Below, piece by piece: positions 10,191 through 19,876 of a DNA stretch of 64,000 nucleotides. This stretch comes from an uncultured Candidatus Rokubacteria bacterium (lineage in GTDB: Bacteria > Methylomirabilota > Methylomirabilia > Rokubacteriales > DASRDR01), in contig CAWGVS010000005.1 in NCBI GenBank assembly GCA_963826115.1, positions 1,248,001 to 1,312,000 of the forward strand. Direction: 5' to 3'. The notes beneath the pieces are model-generated. The model made no database searches, was not told the origin of the DNA, and saw only the letters and a program-made list of their open reading frames with translations. Each line of letters starts with the position of its first letter. Positions within the stretch are counted from its first letter, which is position 1. The position numbers were made by a program, and so were the translations under genes.

Positions 10191-11207
10191 TCAGGGCGCG
10201 ACCGGCGCGCCCGTCGACGCGGCCCGCTCGACGGCGAGCGCGATCCGGAGAGCCATCACGGCGTCGTGCGGCGTGACGGCGGGCGTCGCGCGTCCGCGCA
10301 CGCAGTCGACGAAGTGACGGAGCTCGAAGTAGAACATCCCCCCCGGATGGCCCTGCACCGACGGCGCGGAAGCGGTGTCGACCTGCACGGCCCGCTGGCC
10401 GTCCGCCCGGCGGAGCCCCGTCTCGAGAGTCGCGATCGAGAGCGACCCCGCACTCCCCACCAGATCGAGCCGGTGGTCGCCCGACGCGGGAAAGCCGCGC
10501 GGCAGGATCCAGTTGAGCTCCGCGATGCCGAGCGCCCCCGTCGAGAACCGGAGGAGCGCGCAGTTCGCGTCCTCGACCGCAAACCCCTGGTCCCGGAGCA
10601 GGCCCCACTTCGACTCCGCCGTGACTCGTTCCACCTCGCCCCCGACGAGCCACCGCATCACGTCGTAGTCGTGCACGCCGAGAAAGAGCGGGAGGGAGCA
10701 CCGCCCTCCGAGGCGATCCTGCGCGGCGACCGTGTTCGCGCGGCGCGTGTAGATCGTCTGGATCGCGCCCAGCTCGCCGCCCGCCGCCGCCTGGCGGGCC
10801 TGGTCGTACCGCGGGTCGAACCGGAGACAGTGCCCGACCAGCAGGACCGTGCCCGCTCGCGAAGCCGCCTCCACGATCGCCTCGGCGTCCGCGACGGTGG
10901 TGGCGATCGGCTTCTCGACCAGCACGGGCCGCCCGGCGCGGAGAGCGAGCTCGCACGGCTCCCGGTGGAGACCGTCCGGCGTGCACACGCTGACGGCGTC
11001 CACGTCGTCGCGCCCGAGGAGGGCGCGGTAGTCGGAATAGGCGGTCGCGCCGGTCCGAGCCGCGAGCTCCTGCGCGGCCGCCTCCCGCACGTCGCAGACC
11101 GCGACCAGCTCGACGTCGGGCAGACCCGCGTAGATCCGCGCGTGCCGCTCGCCCATGAAGCCCGCCCCGATGACCGCGACCCTGATCGGTTGCACGCGGA
11201 CGATCAT
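10191..11207 (-). CDS. Gfo/Idh/MocA family oxidoreductase
   Basis: VIGAGFMG, CTPDGLH, LVEKP, GHCLRFDP, GVHDYD. Confidence 0.9.
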   Translation of the reverse strand: MIVRVQPIRVAVIGAGFMGERHARIYAGLPDVELVAVCDVREAAAQELAARTGATAYSDYRALLGRDDVDAVSVCTPDGLHREPCELALRAGRPVLVEKPIATTVADAEAIVEAASRAGTVLLVGHCLRFDPRYDQARQAAAGGELGAIQTIYTRRANTVAAQDRLGGRCSLPLFLGVHDYDVMRWLVGGEVERVTAESKWGLLRDQGFAVEDANCALLRFSTGALGIAELNWILPRGFPASGDHRLDLVGSAGSLSIATLETGLRRADGQRAVQVDTASAPSVQGHPGGMFYFELRHFVDCVRGRATPAVTPHDAVMALRIALAVERAASTGAPVAP

Positions 11208-11263
11208 CGCACGGGGGGTCCGTCTTCCGCGCGTCCCCGCCCCGTGCTTGAATGGTCGGCGCC

Positions 11264-12052
11264 ATGCGAGTCCAGACCCTCTTCGATCTGAGCGGCCGCG
11301 CCGCGATCGTGACCGGCGGCGGGACACACCTCGGTCGCGCGATGGCGGAGACCCTCGGCGAGCTCGGCGCCGCGGTGTACCTCGCAAGCCGGGACGCCGC
11401 GCGATGCGAGCAGGCGGCCGCCGAGCTCCGGGCCGCGGGCCTCGACGCCACCGGCCTCGGGTGCGACGTGACGGTCGAGGCGGACGTCGACCGGCTCGTC
11501 GCGCGCGTCCTCCGCGACCGCGGCCGGCTCGACGTCATGGTGTGCAACGCCGGCGGCGCCTACACCACCACGTACCTCCCGGACGCCTCGATCGACGAGC
11601 TCCGGCGGACGCTGGACCTGAACGTGATCGGCACCTACGTCTCGGCCCAGGCGGCCGCGCGAGCGATGATCCCGCGACGCGCCGGCCGCATCATCACGCT
11701 GGGGTCGATCCACGGGACCCTCGGCGCGGACAAGCGCCTCTATGCCGGTCTCGACTACAACCGGTCGGGGCCTCCGTACCAGGCCGCCAAGGGCGCCGTG
11801 GTCAACCTCACGCGCGCCCTCGCGACCGAGCTCGCGGAGCACGGGATCACCGTCAACTGCCTGTCCCCCGGCCAGATCCCACCGCCCGGCACGGACCCCG
11901 AGTTCGTCGAGCGCTGTCGCCTGTCGAATCCCCTGGCCCGGACAGGCGTCCCGACGGACCTCAAGGGCGCGGTGGCCCTCCTGGCCTCCGACGCGGGCGC
12001 GTGGATGACCGGCCACAACCTCGTGGTCGACGGCGGCTGGAGCGTCTGGTAG
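11264..12052 (+). CDS. Short-chain dehydrogenase/reductase
   Basis: TGGGTHLG, CNAG, YQAAK catalytic motif, VNCLSPG, TGHNLVVDGG. Confidence 0.92.
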   Translation: MRVQTLFDLSGRAAIVTGGGTHLGRAMAETLGELGAAVYLASRDAARCEQAAAELRAAGLDATGLGCDVTVEADVDRLVARVLRDRGRLDVMVCNAGGAYTTTYLPDASIDELRRTLDLNVIGTYVSAQAAARAMIPRRAGRIITLGSIHGTLGADKRLYAGLDYNRSGPPYQAAKGAVVNLTRALATELAEHGITVNCLSPGQIPPPGTDPEFVERCRLSNPLARTGVPTDLKGAVALLASDAGAWMTGHNLVVDGGWSVW

Positions 12053-12062
12053 GCTGGCCGCC

Positions 12063-13238
12063 GTGCCCACGACCGGCCGCCCCGCGCCCTCCGACGCCGC
12101 CGCCCTCCGCCACGCGCGGCAGCTGCTGAAGCGGCACCCCGTCATCGACGGGCACAACGACCTTCCTTGGGCGATCCGGAACGACGCGAAGGCCAAGGGC
12201 GACGTGGCCGCCTACGATCTCCGGCGCCCGACCCGCGGGGACACGGACCTTGCCCGCCTGGTAGAGGGCGGCGTGGGCGGTCAGTTCTGGTCCGTCTACA
12301 TCCCTGGCGATCTCGCCGGCGGCCGGTTTGCAAAGGTCCAGCTCGAGCAGATCGACATCGCGCGCCGGGTGATCGCACGCTACCCGGAGCGGCTCCAGGC
12401 GGCCTTCTCGGCCGCCGACGTGGAGCGCGCCCGGAAGCGCGGCCGCGTCGCCTCGCTCCTCGGGATCGAGGGTGGCCACGCCATCGAGGGCTCGCTCGGC
12501 GCCCTCCGCGCCTACTACGACCTGGGCGTGCGCTACATGACGCTCACCCACAACGTGACGCTCGACTGGGCGGACTCCTGCAACGACGTCCGACGCCACG
12601 GGGGACTCACGGACTTCGGCCGCGAGGTCGTCCGCGAGATGAACCGGCTCGGCATGCTGGTCGACCTGGCCCACACCTCGCCCGAGGTCATGGGCCACGC
12701 GCTCGACGTGTCGGCGGCGCCGCTGATCTCGTCCCACTCGTCGTGCCGGGCGCTCACCGACGTCACGCGGAACTTCCCGGACGACGTCCTCCGGCGCCTG
12801 CCGAAGAACGGCGGCGTGATCATGATCACGTTCGTCGGCCCCTTCGTCTCCCAGGCGGCCGCCGACGCCCGGGCGAAGGCCGTCGCCGAGATCAAGCCGC
12901 GACTGGCGGAGATCGCCGATCCCGTGGAGCGCCACCGGCTCGAGCGCGCCCACCTCAAGGAGCGGAACATCCCGAAGGCGACGATCGGCGACGTGGCCGA
13001 CCACGTGGAGCACGCGCGCCGCCTGGCGGGCGTCGACCACGTCGGCGTCGGCGGCGACTACGACGGAAACGAGGAGTGGCCGGTCGGGATGGAGGACGTG
13101 TCCACCTACCCCGTCCTCGTCGCCGAGCTGATCCGCCGCGGCTGGTCCGACCGCGACCTCGCCAAGCTCTCCCGCGGGAACATTCTCCGCGTCATGCGCG
13201 AGGCCGAGGCCGTCGCCGCCCGGCTCCGTCGCCGGTAA
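12063..13238 (+). CDS. Membrane dipeptidase (peptidase M19)
   Basis: IDGHNDLPW, QFWSVY, GIEGGH, TLTHN, EMNRLGMLVDLAH, GGDYDG. Confidence 0.92.
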   Translation: MPTTGRPAPSDAAALRHARQLLKRHPVIDGHNDLPWAIRNDAKAKGDVAAYDLRRPTRGDTDLARLVEGGVGGQFWSVYIPGDLAGGRFAKVQLEQIDIARRVIARYPERLQAAFSAADVERARKRGRVASLLGIEGGHAIEGSLGALRAYYDLGVRYMTLTHNVTLDWADSCNDVRRHGGLTDFGREVVREMNRLGMLVDLAHTSPEVMGHALDVSAAPLISSHSSCRALTDVTRNFPDDVLRRLPKNGGVIMITFVGPFVSQAAADARAKAVAEIKPRLAEIADPVERHRLERAHLKERNIPKATIGDVADHVEHARRLAGVDHVGVGGDYDGNEEWPVGMEDVSTYPVLVAELIRRGWSDRDLAKLSRGNILRVMREAEAVAARLRRR

Positions 13239-13306
13239 CCCGCGCAGGCCGTTCGAAGCCATCCCGTCTTGGTGGCCCAAAGGACGGCACTGGGCGCCGG
13301 GCACAT

Positions 13307-13540
13307 GTGCCGCCATTGGTACTCGTGGTCCAGCACGTCCACGCCTTCCGCGACGGCACGGAGGCGGTGAAGTTCAGCGGTGTCTATTCCCCGAAGCGCA
13401 CGGCGAGCCTCGCAATTCGAAGGTTTCGCCGTCGGCCCGGCTTTCGACGAACTCCACGTTGCCTTGACGTGGATCGGTACGAGATCGACAACGATCACTG
13501 GACGGAAGGCTACGCTACCTCTTGGCCCCGTCGCCGATAA
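13307..13540 (+). CDS. Small conserved hypothetical protein (QHVH...K.GVYS...PGF...DHWTEGY type), possibly decaying
   Basis: VLVVQHVHAFRDGTEAVKFSGVYS...RRPGFR...DRYEIDNDHWTEGY resembles a widespread ~70-aa family. Lower GC than its flanks. Confidence 0.55.
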   Translation: MPPLVLVVQHVHAFRDGTEAVKFSGVYSPKRTASLAIRRFRRRPGFRRTPRCLDVDRYEIDNDHWTEGYATSWPRRR

Positions 13541-13615
13541 CTCTGCTGCTGGAGCCTTCGGTTCTCCGGCCGGCTTCCCGCGGCAACGCGATGGGGATGG
13601 ACGGGCTGTCGAACG

Positions 13616-13903
13616 CTACGGTGCCCAGGCGAGCCGAGCCGCGACAGCACCATAGACATCTCGCCGATGGAGGATCGTCAGAATCCAGACCTCCTGGGCG
13701 GCAACCTTGAAGACGACCCGGTAGTCCCCTACGCGGAGCTTCCAGTAGCCTTTCAGTGTTCCTCGGAGCGGCACCCCGTACCGCGTCGGCTCGGTGGTGA
13801 GTCGTCCGTCAATGGATCGGGCTATACGACTGTGAAGGTTGGCCGGGATCTCGGGTAGGTCGTCCTCAGCCACCCTTGGATGGTAGCGAAGGAGATACGG
13901 CAC
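13616..13903 (-). CDS. Type II toxin, RelE/ParE superfamily
   Basis: PLRGTLKGYWKLRVGDYRVVF, 95 aa, directly downstream of the antitoxin. Confidence 0.9.
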   Translation of the reverse strand: MPYLLRYHPRVAEDDLPEIPANLHSRIARSIDGRLTTEPTRYGVPLRGTLKGYWKLRVGDYRVVFKVAAQEVWILTILHRRDVYGAVAARLAWAP

Positions 13904-14155
13904 TCAGCGTCTCTTGGGGCGCTCCGAGACTCGCCAGATCTGCTCGTGCGACAGACTTCTGGAGCGATCGAACGTCCGCTCGCGCTCTTGGGCCACCTTG
14001 TCCAGCACGAGATCCTCGTGAGCTTCCAGAGCTTCACGGAGAAGATCTCGAACCTTGAGAGACAGGGAGGTGCCCTCCCGTCGTGCCAGTCGGCCGAGCG
14101 CCTCGTAGAGAGGGCGCTCGAGCACGACGTTCACCCGAGGATTCTTCGCCGGCAT
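13904..14155 (-). CDS. Type II antitoxin, ribbon-helix-helix (CopG-like)
   Basis: MPAKNPRVNVVLERPLYEALGRLARREGTSLSLKVRDLLREALE, C-terminal SHEQIW. Confidence 0.85.
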   Translation of the reverse strand: MPAKNPRVNVVLERPLYEALGRLARREGTSLSLKVRDLLREALEAHEDLVLDKVAQERERTFDRSRSLSHEQIWRVSERPKRR

Positions 14156-14161
14156 GACGGG

Positions 14162-14182
14162 AGTGTACCACAAGTGTCACAC
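14162..14182 (-). promoter_or_regulatory. Extended -10 promoter and tandem operator of the TA operon (leaderless mRNA)
   Basis: Minus strand GTGTGACAC-TT-GTGGTACACT. TGn-TACACT lies 6 nt before ATG 14155 and is overlapped by two 9-bp palindromic sites. Confidence 0.65.
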
Positions 14183-14313
14183 CGATAGGCTCCAAGTCCG
14201 GCGAGCCTTCAAGACCCGCGCTTGTGTGAGAGCATGCAGCGTGGTCTAGTCAGACTCGCGCCGGCGACCAGCCACGCGAGATTCTCATCGTGAACCGGGG
14301 AGACACTGAGACG

Positions 14314-15277
14314 GTGCAGCGCATCACCAGAGAGCAGGCCCGGAAGTACGCGTTCGACTGGCGGGACGAGCCCTTGCTCCGGGTCAAGCCCGGCGAGACG
14401 TTCGAGATCGAGACCTACGACGCCAGCACCGGCTACTTCCGCACGCCCGAAGACCTCGCGATCCCCGCGAAGCGCCCCGGGTTCGACCGCGTCCCGGTCG
14501 CTGGCGAACCCCATCGGCGGCCCGGTCTGGGTCGAGGGCGCCGAGCGCGGCGACACGCTCGTCGTCACGATCGAGGACATCCTGGTCGACGACTACTCGT
14601 GGGTCGCGGTCGGGCCGCGCCGCGGGCCGCTGGGCGACTCGACGCGCTGGCCCGAGCTCTCGGCACGCTACACGACCAAGATCTTCCGCCACACGCCGGG
14701 GCCCAGCGGCACGACGCGCGACGGCACGCTCCACTTCAGCGAGCGCATCAGCTGGCCGATCACGCCGTTCATCGGCACGATCGGCGTGGCGCCGGACCGC
14801 GAGGTGACCACCAGCATCGACGGCCAGGGCGAGTGGGGCGGCAACCTCGACATCCGCGACGTCGCCCCCGGCAACCGCATCCACCTGCCGGTCTTCCACG
14901 AGGGCGCGCGCTTCTACCTGGGCGACGTGCACGCCAGCCAGGGCGACACCGAGTTCACCGGCACCGCCGCCGAGACCAAGTCCACCGTGCGCCTCCACTT
15001 CGACCTCGTGAAGGGCCGCGCGGTGCCCTGGATGCGGATCGACAAGCCGGCGTCGATCGTCTCGGTGTTCGCCTACCGCCCGCTCGAGGTCGCGGTGGAG
15101 ACGGCGACGATCAACCTGATGGACTGGCTCGTCACCGATTACGGCTTCACGCCCACCGACGCGTACTGCCTGGTCAGCACGTGCCCGGACTTCCGGATCA
15201 ACGTGTACCAGATGTGCCGCCTCCGTCAGCTGAGCTTCGTGGCCGGGGCCGAGCTGCCCAAGCGCTACCTGGCCTAG
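14314..15277 (+). CDS. Acetamidase/formamidase family protein, frameshifted near 14497
   Basis: LRVKPGETFEIETYDA, then in the shifted frame LANPIGGPVWVEGAERGDTL...PFIGTIGVAP...WGGNLD...LGDVHASQGDTE. Confidence 0.85.
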
Positions 15278-15280
15278 CCC

Positions 15281-17608
15281 GTGTCGCCCACACCGAGCCC
15301 GATCGGCGCCTCACCGCGCCGGAAGGAAGATGCGCCGCTCCTCGTGGGGCGGGGCCGTTACCTGGACGATCTTCACCGCCCGGGCACCCGCCACCTGGCC
15401 GTGATCCGGAGCCCTCACGCGCGCGCCCGCATCCTGAGCGTCGACGCGACCGCCGCGCGGGCCCTGCCGGGCGTGCTGGTCTTCTTCGCGTCCGACCTGC
15501 CCGAGGTCGCCCGCGGCATCCCGGCGCCGTTCGGGAGCACGCCCAGCACCCGCCCCTACGTCCAGGTCGTGCTCGCCGGCGAGGAGGTTCGCTACGTCGG
15601 CGAGCCCGTCGGCGTCGTCGTGGCGGACGATCCGTACCGGCTGGCCGACGCCGTGGACGCGGTCGCGATCGACTACGAGCCGCTCGCGCCGGTGACGACG
15701 CTCGAGGCCGCGACCCGCGGCCGCGAACGGGTCCACGGCGACTGGCCCGACAATGCCGCCATCGTCGCGCGCGGCGCGATCGGCGAGGTGGAGCCCGCGC
15801 TCGCGTCGGCCGACCTCGTCGTGGAGGAGCGGCTGTACCATCCGCGCATCACCGCGGTGCCGATCGAGCCGCGCGGCGTCCTGGCGTATCCCGATCCGGA
15901 GTCCGGCGCCCTGATCGTCTGGTCGTCGACCCAGAACCCCTACCTCGTCCGGGACGCGGTCGCCGTGGCCCTCGGGCTCGCCGCCGAGGAGGTCCGCGCG
16001 ATGGCGCCCGACGTGGGCGGCGGCTTCGGCCCGAAGGGGTCCGTCTACCACGAGGAGCTGCTGGTCGCGGCCGTCGCGCGACGCCTGGGACAGCCCGTCA
16101 AGTGGATCGAGGGGCGTCGCGAGCACTTCGTCGCCACGGGACACGATCGGGAGCAGCTCCACGCCGTGCGCATCGGCTTCCGGCGCGACGGGACGCTGGT
16201 CGGCATCGACGACGCCTTCCAGGCCGACGTGGGCGCCTATCCCGTCGAGGGGGCCGGCCTCACGCTCAACACCGTCAATCACCTGCCGGGCCCCTACCGC
16301 CTCCCTCACTACCGGAGCGTCGGCACCAGCTACGTCACGAACAAGACCCAGAACGCGGCGTACCGCGGCGCCGGCCGCCCGGAGGCCGTGTTCGTCATGG
16401 AGCGGCTGCTCGACATCGGCGCGCGCCGCCTCGGGCTCGATCCGATCGAGCTCCGCCGCCGCAACCTCGTGCAGCCTGGCGAGATGCCGTACCGGTCGGG
16501 CCTCACGTACAAGGACGGCATCCCCATCGCGTACGATCCGGGCGACTTCCCCGCCGCGCTCGACCGGGCCCTCGAGGCCCTGCCGCTCGCGGCGTTCCGG
16601 ACGCGCCAGGCGCGGCAGGCGCGGACGAGCCGGCGCATCGGCGTGGGCGTGGCCTGCTACGCCCAGGGCTCGGGCATCGGCCCCTACGAGGGCGCCGAAG
16701 TGCGCGTCGACCCGAGCGGCAAGGTGTACGTCACGATCGGCGTCGCGGCCCAGGGTCAGGGTCACCAGACGACCCTCGCCCAGATCTGCGCCGCCGAGCT
16801 CGGCGTCCGGCTCGACGACGTGGTCATCGTCGCGGGCGACACGGACCGGTTCCCGATCGGTATGGGCACCGGCGGGAGCCGGGTGGCCGCCAATACCGGA
16901 CCGGCCGTCGCTCGGACGGCGCGCGAGGTGCACGCCCGCGCCCGCACGGTCGCGGCGGAGCTGCTCGAGTGCGCTCCCGAGGACGTCCGGATCGAGGAAG
17001 GGCGCGCCTTCGTGGCGGGCGTGCCCGGGCGGGCTGTCACCCTGGGGCGGCTCGCCCACGCCGCCATCCGCTCGAAGGCGCTCCGCAAGACGGGCGAGCC
17101 GGGCCTTCAGCGGTGCTCGTACTTCTACCCGAACACCGTGACCTGGGCGTCCGGCGTCCAGGCCGCCGCGGTCGAGGTCGACCTCGAGACCTGCGAGATC
17201 CAGCTCCTCGCCTACACGGTGGTGCACGACAGCGGCCGCGCGATCAATCCCGCCATCGTCGAGGGTCAGCTCCAGGGCGGGGCCGCACAGGGAATCGGCG
17301 CCGGGCTCTGGGAGGAGCTCGTCTACGACGACGCGGGACAGCTCCTCACCGGGAGCCTCATGGACTACGGGCTGCCCAAGGCCGACCAGCTGCCGGCGCT
17401 CCCCGTCGCGCTCCTCGACCACCCATCGGCCGTGAACGACCTCGGCATCAAGGGCGTGGGGGAGAGCGGCGCGATCCCGGGCGCGGCCGCGATCGCCAAC
17501 GCGGTCGAGGACGCGGTCGCCGACCTCGGCGTCACGATCCGAGAGGTCCCGGTGACCGCCGCGCGCCTCTTCGCCCTACTCGAGGCCGCGCGGGCCCGCC
17601 GGTCCTGA
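15281..17608 (+). CDS. Xanthine dehydrogenase family molybdopterin-binding large subunit (form II CoxL-like)
   Basis: RKED..L.GRGRYLDD, DVGGGFGPK, AYRGAGRPEA, QGQGHQT, GTGGSR, KGVGESG. Confidence 0.92.
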   Translation: MSPTPSPIGASPRRKEDAPLLVGRGRYLDDLHRPGTRHLAVIRSPHARARILSVDATAARALPGVLVFFASDLPEVARGIPAPFGSTPSTRPYVQVVLAGEEVRYVGEPVGVVVADDPYRLADAVDAVAIDYEPLAPVTTLEAATRGRERVHGDWPDNAAIVARGAIGEVEPALASADLVVEERLYHPRITAVPIEPRGVLAYPDPESGALIVWSSTQNPYLVRDAVAVALGLAAEEVRAMAPDVGGGFGPKGSVYHEELLVAAVARRLGQPVKWIEGRREHFVATGHDREQLHAVRIGFRRDGTLVGIDDAFQADVGAYPVEGAGLTLNTVNHLPGPYRLPHYRSVGTSYVTNKTQNAAYRGAGRPEAVFVMERLLDIGARRLGLDPIELRRRNLVQPGEMPYRSGLTYKDGIPIAYDPGDFPAALDRALEALPLAAFRTRQARQARTSRRIGVGVACYAQGSGIGPYEGAEVRVDPSGKVYVTIGVAAQGQGHQTTLAQICAAELGVRLDDVVIVAGDTDRFPIGMGTGGSRVAANTGPAVARTAREVHARARTVAAELLECAPEDVRIEEGRAFVAGVPGRAVTLGRLAHAAIRSKALRKTGEPGLQRCSYFYPNTVTWASGVQAAAVEVDLETCEIQLLAYTVVHDSGRAINPAIVEGQLQGGAAQGIGAGLWEELVYDDAGQLLTGSLMDYGLPKADQLPALPVALLDHPSAVNDLGIKGVGESGAIPGAAAIANAVEDAVADLGVTIREVPVTAARLFALLEAARARRS

Positions 17609-18055
17609 TCCCGCCGTCCCCACCGCGCGGCCGAGCTGGCGCCACGCGAAGAAGGTCAAGGCCGCGCAGACCGCCAGGCCGAGTCCCATCAGGAGATAGA
17701 ACAGGAGGTCGGTGACCCACGCGGGGAGGAGCCAGAACGGCAGGCTCCCCGACACGCCCCACGCGCGTGGGCCGCCCGACAGGAAAAGAGCCCAGACCGA
17801 GAGCACGAGAAACCCCGTCGACACGAGGGCGCCCAGGAGCGCACCCAGGACGTCCGGGACCTCGCCGCGCGCCGGGCCGGCGCCGCGCATCACCAGGATG
17901 CCCGCCAGGACGAACATCCCGCCGATCATGCCCACGAGCCAGCGCGGGCCATGGAACTGCGCGTCGTCGGCGAACAGGGACGCCCAGATCGGCACCACAC
18001 CGCTCGCGACGACGACGAGCCCCAGCCAGGGGCTGGGTGGCGTCTTCCCGCTCAT
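17576..18055 (-). CDS. Hypothetical membrane protein (~4 TM)
   Basis: Four hydrophobic segments in 159 aa, codon bias like its neighbours. Confidence 0.6.
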   Translation of the reverse strand: MSGKTPPSPWLGLVVVASGVVPIWASLFADDAQFHGPRWLVGMIGGMFVLAGILVMRGAGPARGEVPDVLGALLGALVSTGFLVLSVWALFLSGGPRAWGVSGSLPFWLLPAWVTDLLFYLLMGLGLAVCAALTFFAWRQLGRAVGTAGSGPAGPRGLE

Positions 18056-18059
18056 TCGG

Positions 18060-18848
18060 CTATCCGCGCAGAAACTCCAGAACGAGGCTCGCGAAGGCCT
18101 CCGGCATCTCGTCGACGACCGCCACCGAGCCGCCCTGGATCGGCGACACCCGGCTGCCGGGGATGTGCCGCGCGACCACCTCTCCCTGCGGCGCCGCGAA
18201 CGGATCCGCGGTCCCCCACGTGACGAGCGTGGGGCAGCGGACCCGCCCGATCTTCTCCTCCATCCGGTACCGGCTGCAGGCGCCGTGCCCCTCCCGGATC
18301 TTCTCGCCAGCCCGCAGCGCGTCGGCGAGGAACCGCGTCAGGAGATCCGGCCGGTCCTTCGGGTAGAAGCCCTGGCGGATCTGCCAGAGCTCGGCCAGGT
18401 GGGTCCCGTCCGGCTTCGCCTCCACGTGGTCGACGCGGTGTCCCCCGGTGCGCTGGCGTCGGTCGCGGTCGGCCGAGTCGACGTAAGGGCACGAAGAGAG
18501 GACGAGCCGCTCGACGCGGTCCGGATGGGACGCGGCCAGCTCCATCGCGATGACGGCGCCGGTGTGGTGCCCGACCACCGCCGTCCGGCCGACCCCGAGG
18601 CCGTCCAGCAAGGCGATCGCCCCGCGCGCGTAGTCCTCGATGTCGCACCGCCCGGGCGGCTTGTACGACTCGCCGTAGCCGATCGTGTCCATGGCGATCA
18701 CCCGCCGCTCCCGCGCGAGGACCGGGATCACGTCGCGGTACTCGTCCCACGAGCGCGGCGTCTGGTGGAGCAGCAGCACGGGCGGGCCGGCGCCGGCGGT
18801 CGCGTAGTGGATCTGACCGTCCGGCGTGCCCTGGAACGCTCGCTTCAC
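18060..18848 (-). CDS. Alpha/beta-hydrolase-fold protein with non-canonical nucleophile motif
   Basis: LLLHQTPRS, AMDTIGYGES, VVGHHTGA, PTLVTWGTAD. Confidence 0.85.
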   Translation of the reverse strand: MKRAFQGTPDGQIHYATAGAGPPVLLLHQTPRSWDEYRDVIPVLARERRVIAMDTIGYGESYKPPGRCDIEDYARGAIALLDGLGVGRTAVVGHHTGAVIAMELAASHPDRVERLVLSSCPYVDSADRDRRQRTGGHRVDHVEAKPDGTHLAELWQIRQGFYPKDRPDLLTRFLADALRAGEKIREGHGACSRYRMEEKIGRVRCPTLVTWGTADPFAAPQGEVVARHIPGSRVSPIQGGSVAVVDEMPEAFASLVLEFLRG

Positions 18849-18888
18849 GTCTTCCCTCCCCGTCGCCGGAGCTCGGACGTCGACCCCG

Positions 18889-19833
18889 TCACGCCTCGCC
18901 GGTGAGCGCGCGGCGCGGGTTGTCCACCGTCAGCCGGTGGTAGAGCTCGTCGCCGATCCCGAGACTCCGGAGCTCCTCCCGGAGTCCGGTCGCCACGAAC
19001 GCGTAGCCGCGGCCACCGTACGCGACGTAGTCCGTCCGCCAGCACACGTCCTGGGACAGGACGAGGTGCCCCTCGAGGCCGGCGCGCACGAGGTCCTTGA
19101 TCCCCTGGAGCATCCGCTCGTGCTCGTACGGCTGCGGGACTCCCATCCGGTCGAACGACAGGAAGGCGCCACGCTTCGCGAGCGCCGCGTGGTACTCGTG
19201 GACCGGATAGGAGTGGGCGTGCCCGACGACGACCCGCCGCGGGTCCACGCCCTCCTCCTGCAGGATGTCCAGCTGGTCGAGGCCCACCGGGGAGTTCAGC
19301 GCGTGCGTGGTGATGGTCACCCCCGTCCGCCTGTGCGCCCGTCCCACCGCGCGGAACACCCGCTCCTCGACCGGAGAGATCCAGGTGAAGTGGGACCCGA
19401 TCTCTCCCAGGATGCCGGCCCGCACGTCCGTGCCGTCGATCCCGTGCACGACGTCGCGCTCCAGCTCCTCGGCGATCTGGTCGGTCTTGGCGCGCCACAG
19501 GCGCCGCTCGTAGTAGGGCTCCCGGTACCACCCGGCGCCGAGCACGATCTGGAGGCCGACGCGCCTGGCCATGTCCCGGACGGCGACTGCATGCTTCGTC
19601 GGGGTGATGTCGTGGTCGTGCCCGCGAAGACCACCCGTCGTCTGGTCGACCAGCGTCACCCCGCCGGCCTTCTTGTACAGGAGGAGCTCACGGTAGGCGA
19701 GCTCCGGGTCGTTCAGCATGCTGTTGCGCCCGAGCACGTCGCGAGTGAGGTCGAGGAAGATGTGCTCGTGCATCAGGGTGAAGCCGAGATCTCCGGCCGC
19801 CACCGGCCCGGTCACGGTCATGACGGACGCCAT
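18889..19833 (-). CDS. Phosphotriesterase-related (Php-like) amidohydrolase
   Basis: LGFTLMHEH, GEIG (Glu in place of carbamylated Lys), TTHA, VVGHA, LSQD, NPRR. Confidence 0.9.
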   Translation of the reverse strand: MASVMTVTGPVAAGDLGFTLMHEHIFLDLTRDVLGRNSMLNDPELAYRELLLYKKAGGVTLVDQTTGGLRGHDHDITPTKHAVAVRDMARRVGLQIVLGAGWYREPYYERRLWRAKTDQIAEELERDVVHGIDGTDVRAGILGEIGSHFTWISPVEERVFRAVGRAHRRTGVTITTHALNSPVGLDQLDILQEEGVDPRRVVVGHAHSYPVHEYHAALAKRGAFLSFDRMGVPQPYEHERMLQGIKDLVRAGLEGHLVLSQDVCWRTDYVAYGGRGYAFVATGLREELRSLGIGDELYHRLTVDNPRRALTGEA

Positions 19834-19876
19834 TGTCCCCCCCGCCCTCCTGTGGCGCTCGCCGGCGCGCGGTCGG

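Noticed and set aside
15281-17608. Aerobic CO dehydrogenase (form I coxL)
   Set aside because: The motif is AYRGAGR, not AYXCSFR, and there are no coxMS/coxDEFG genes
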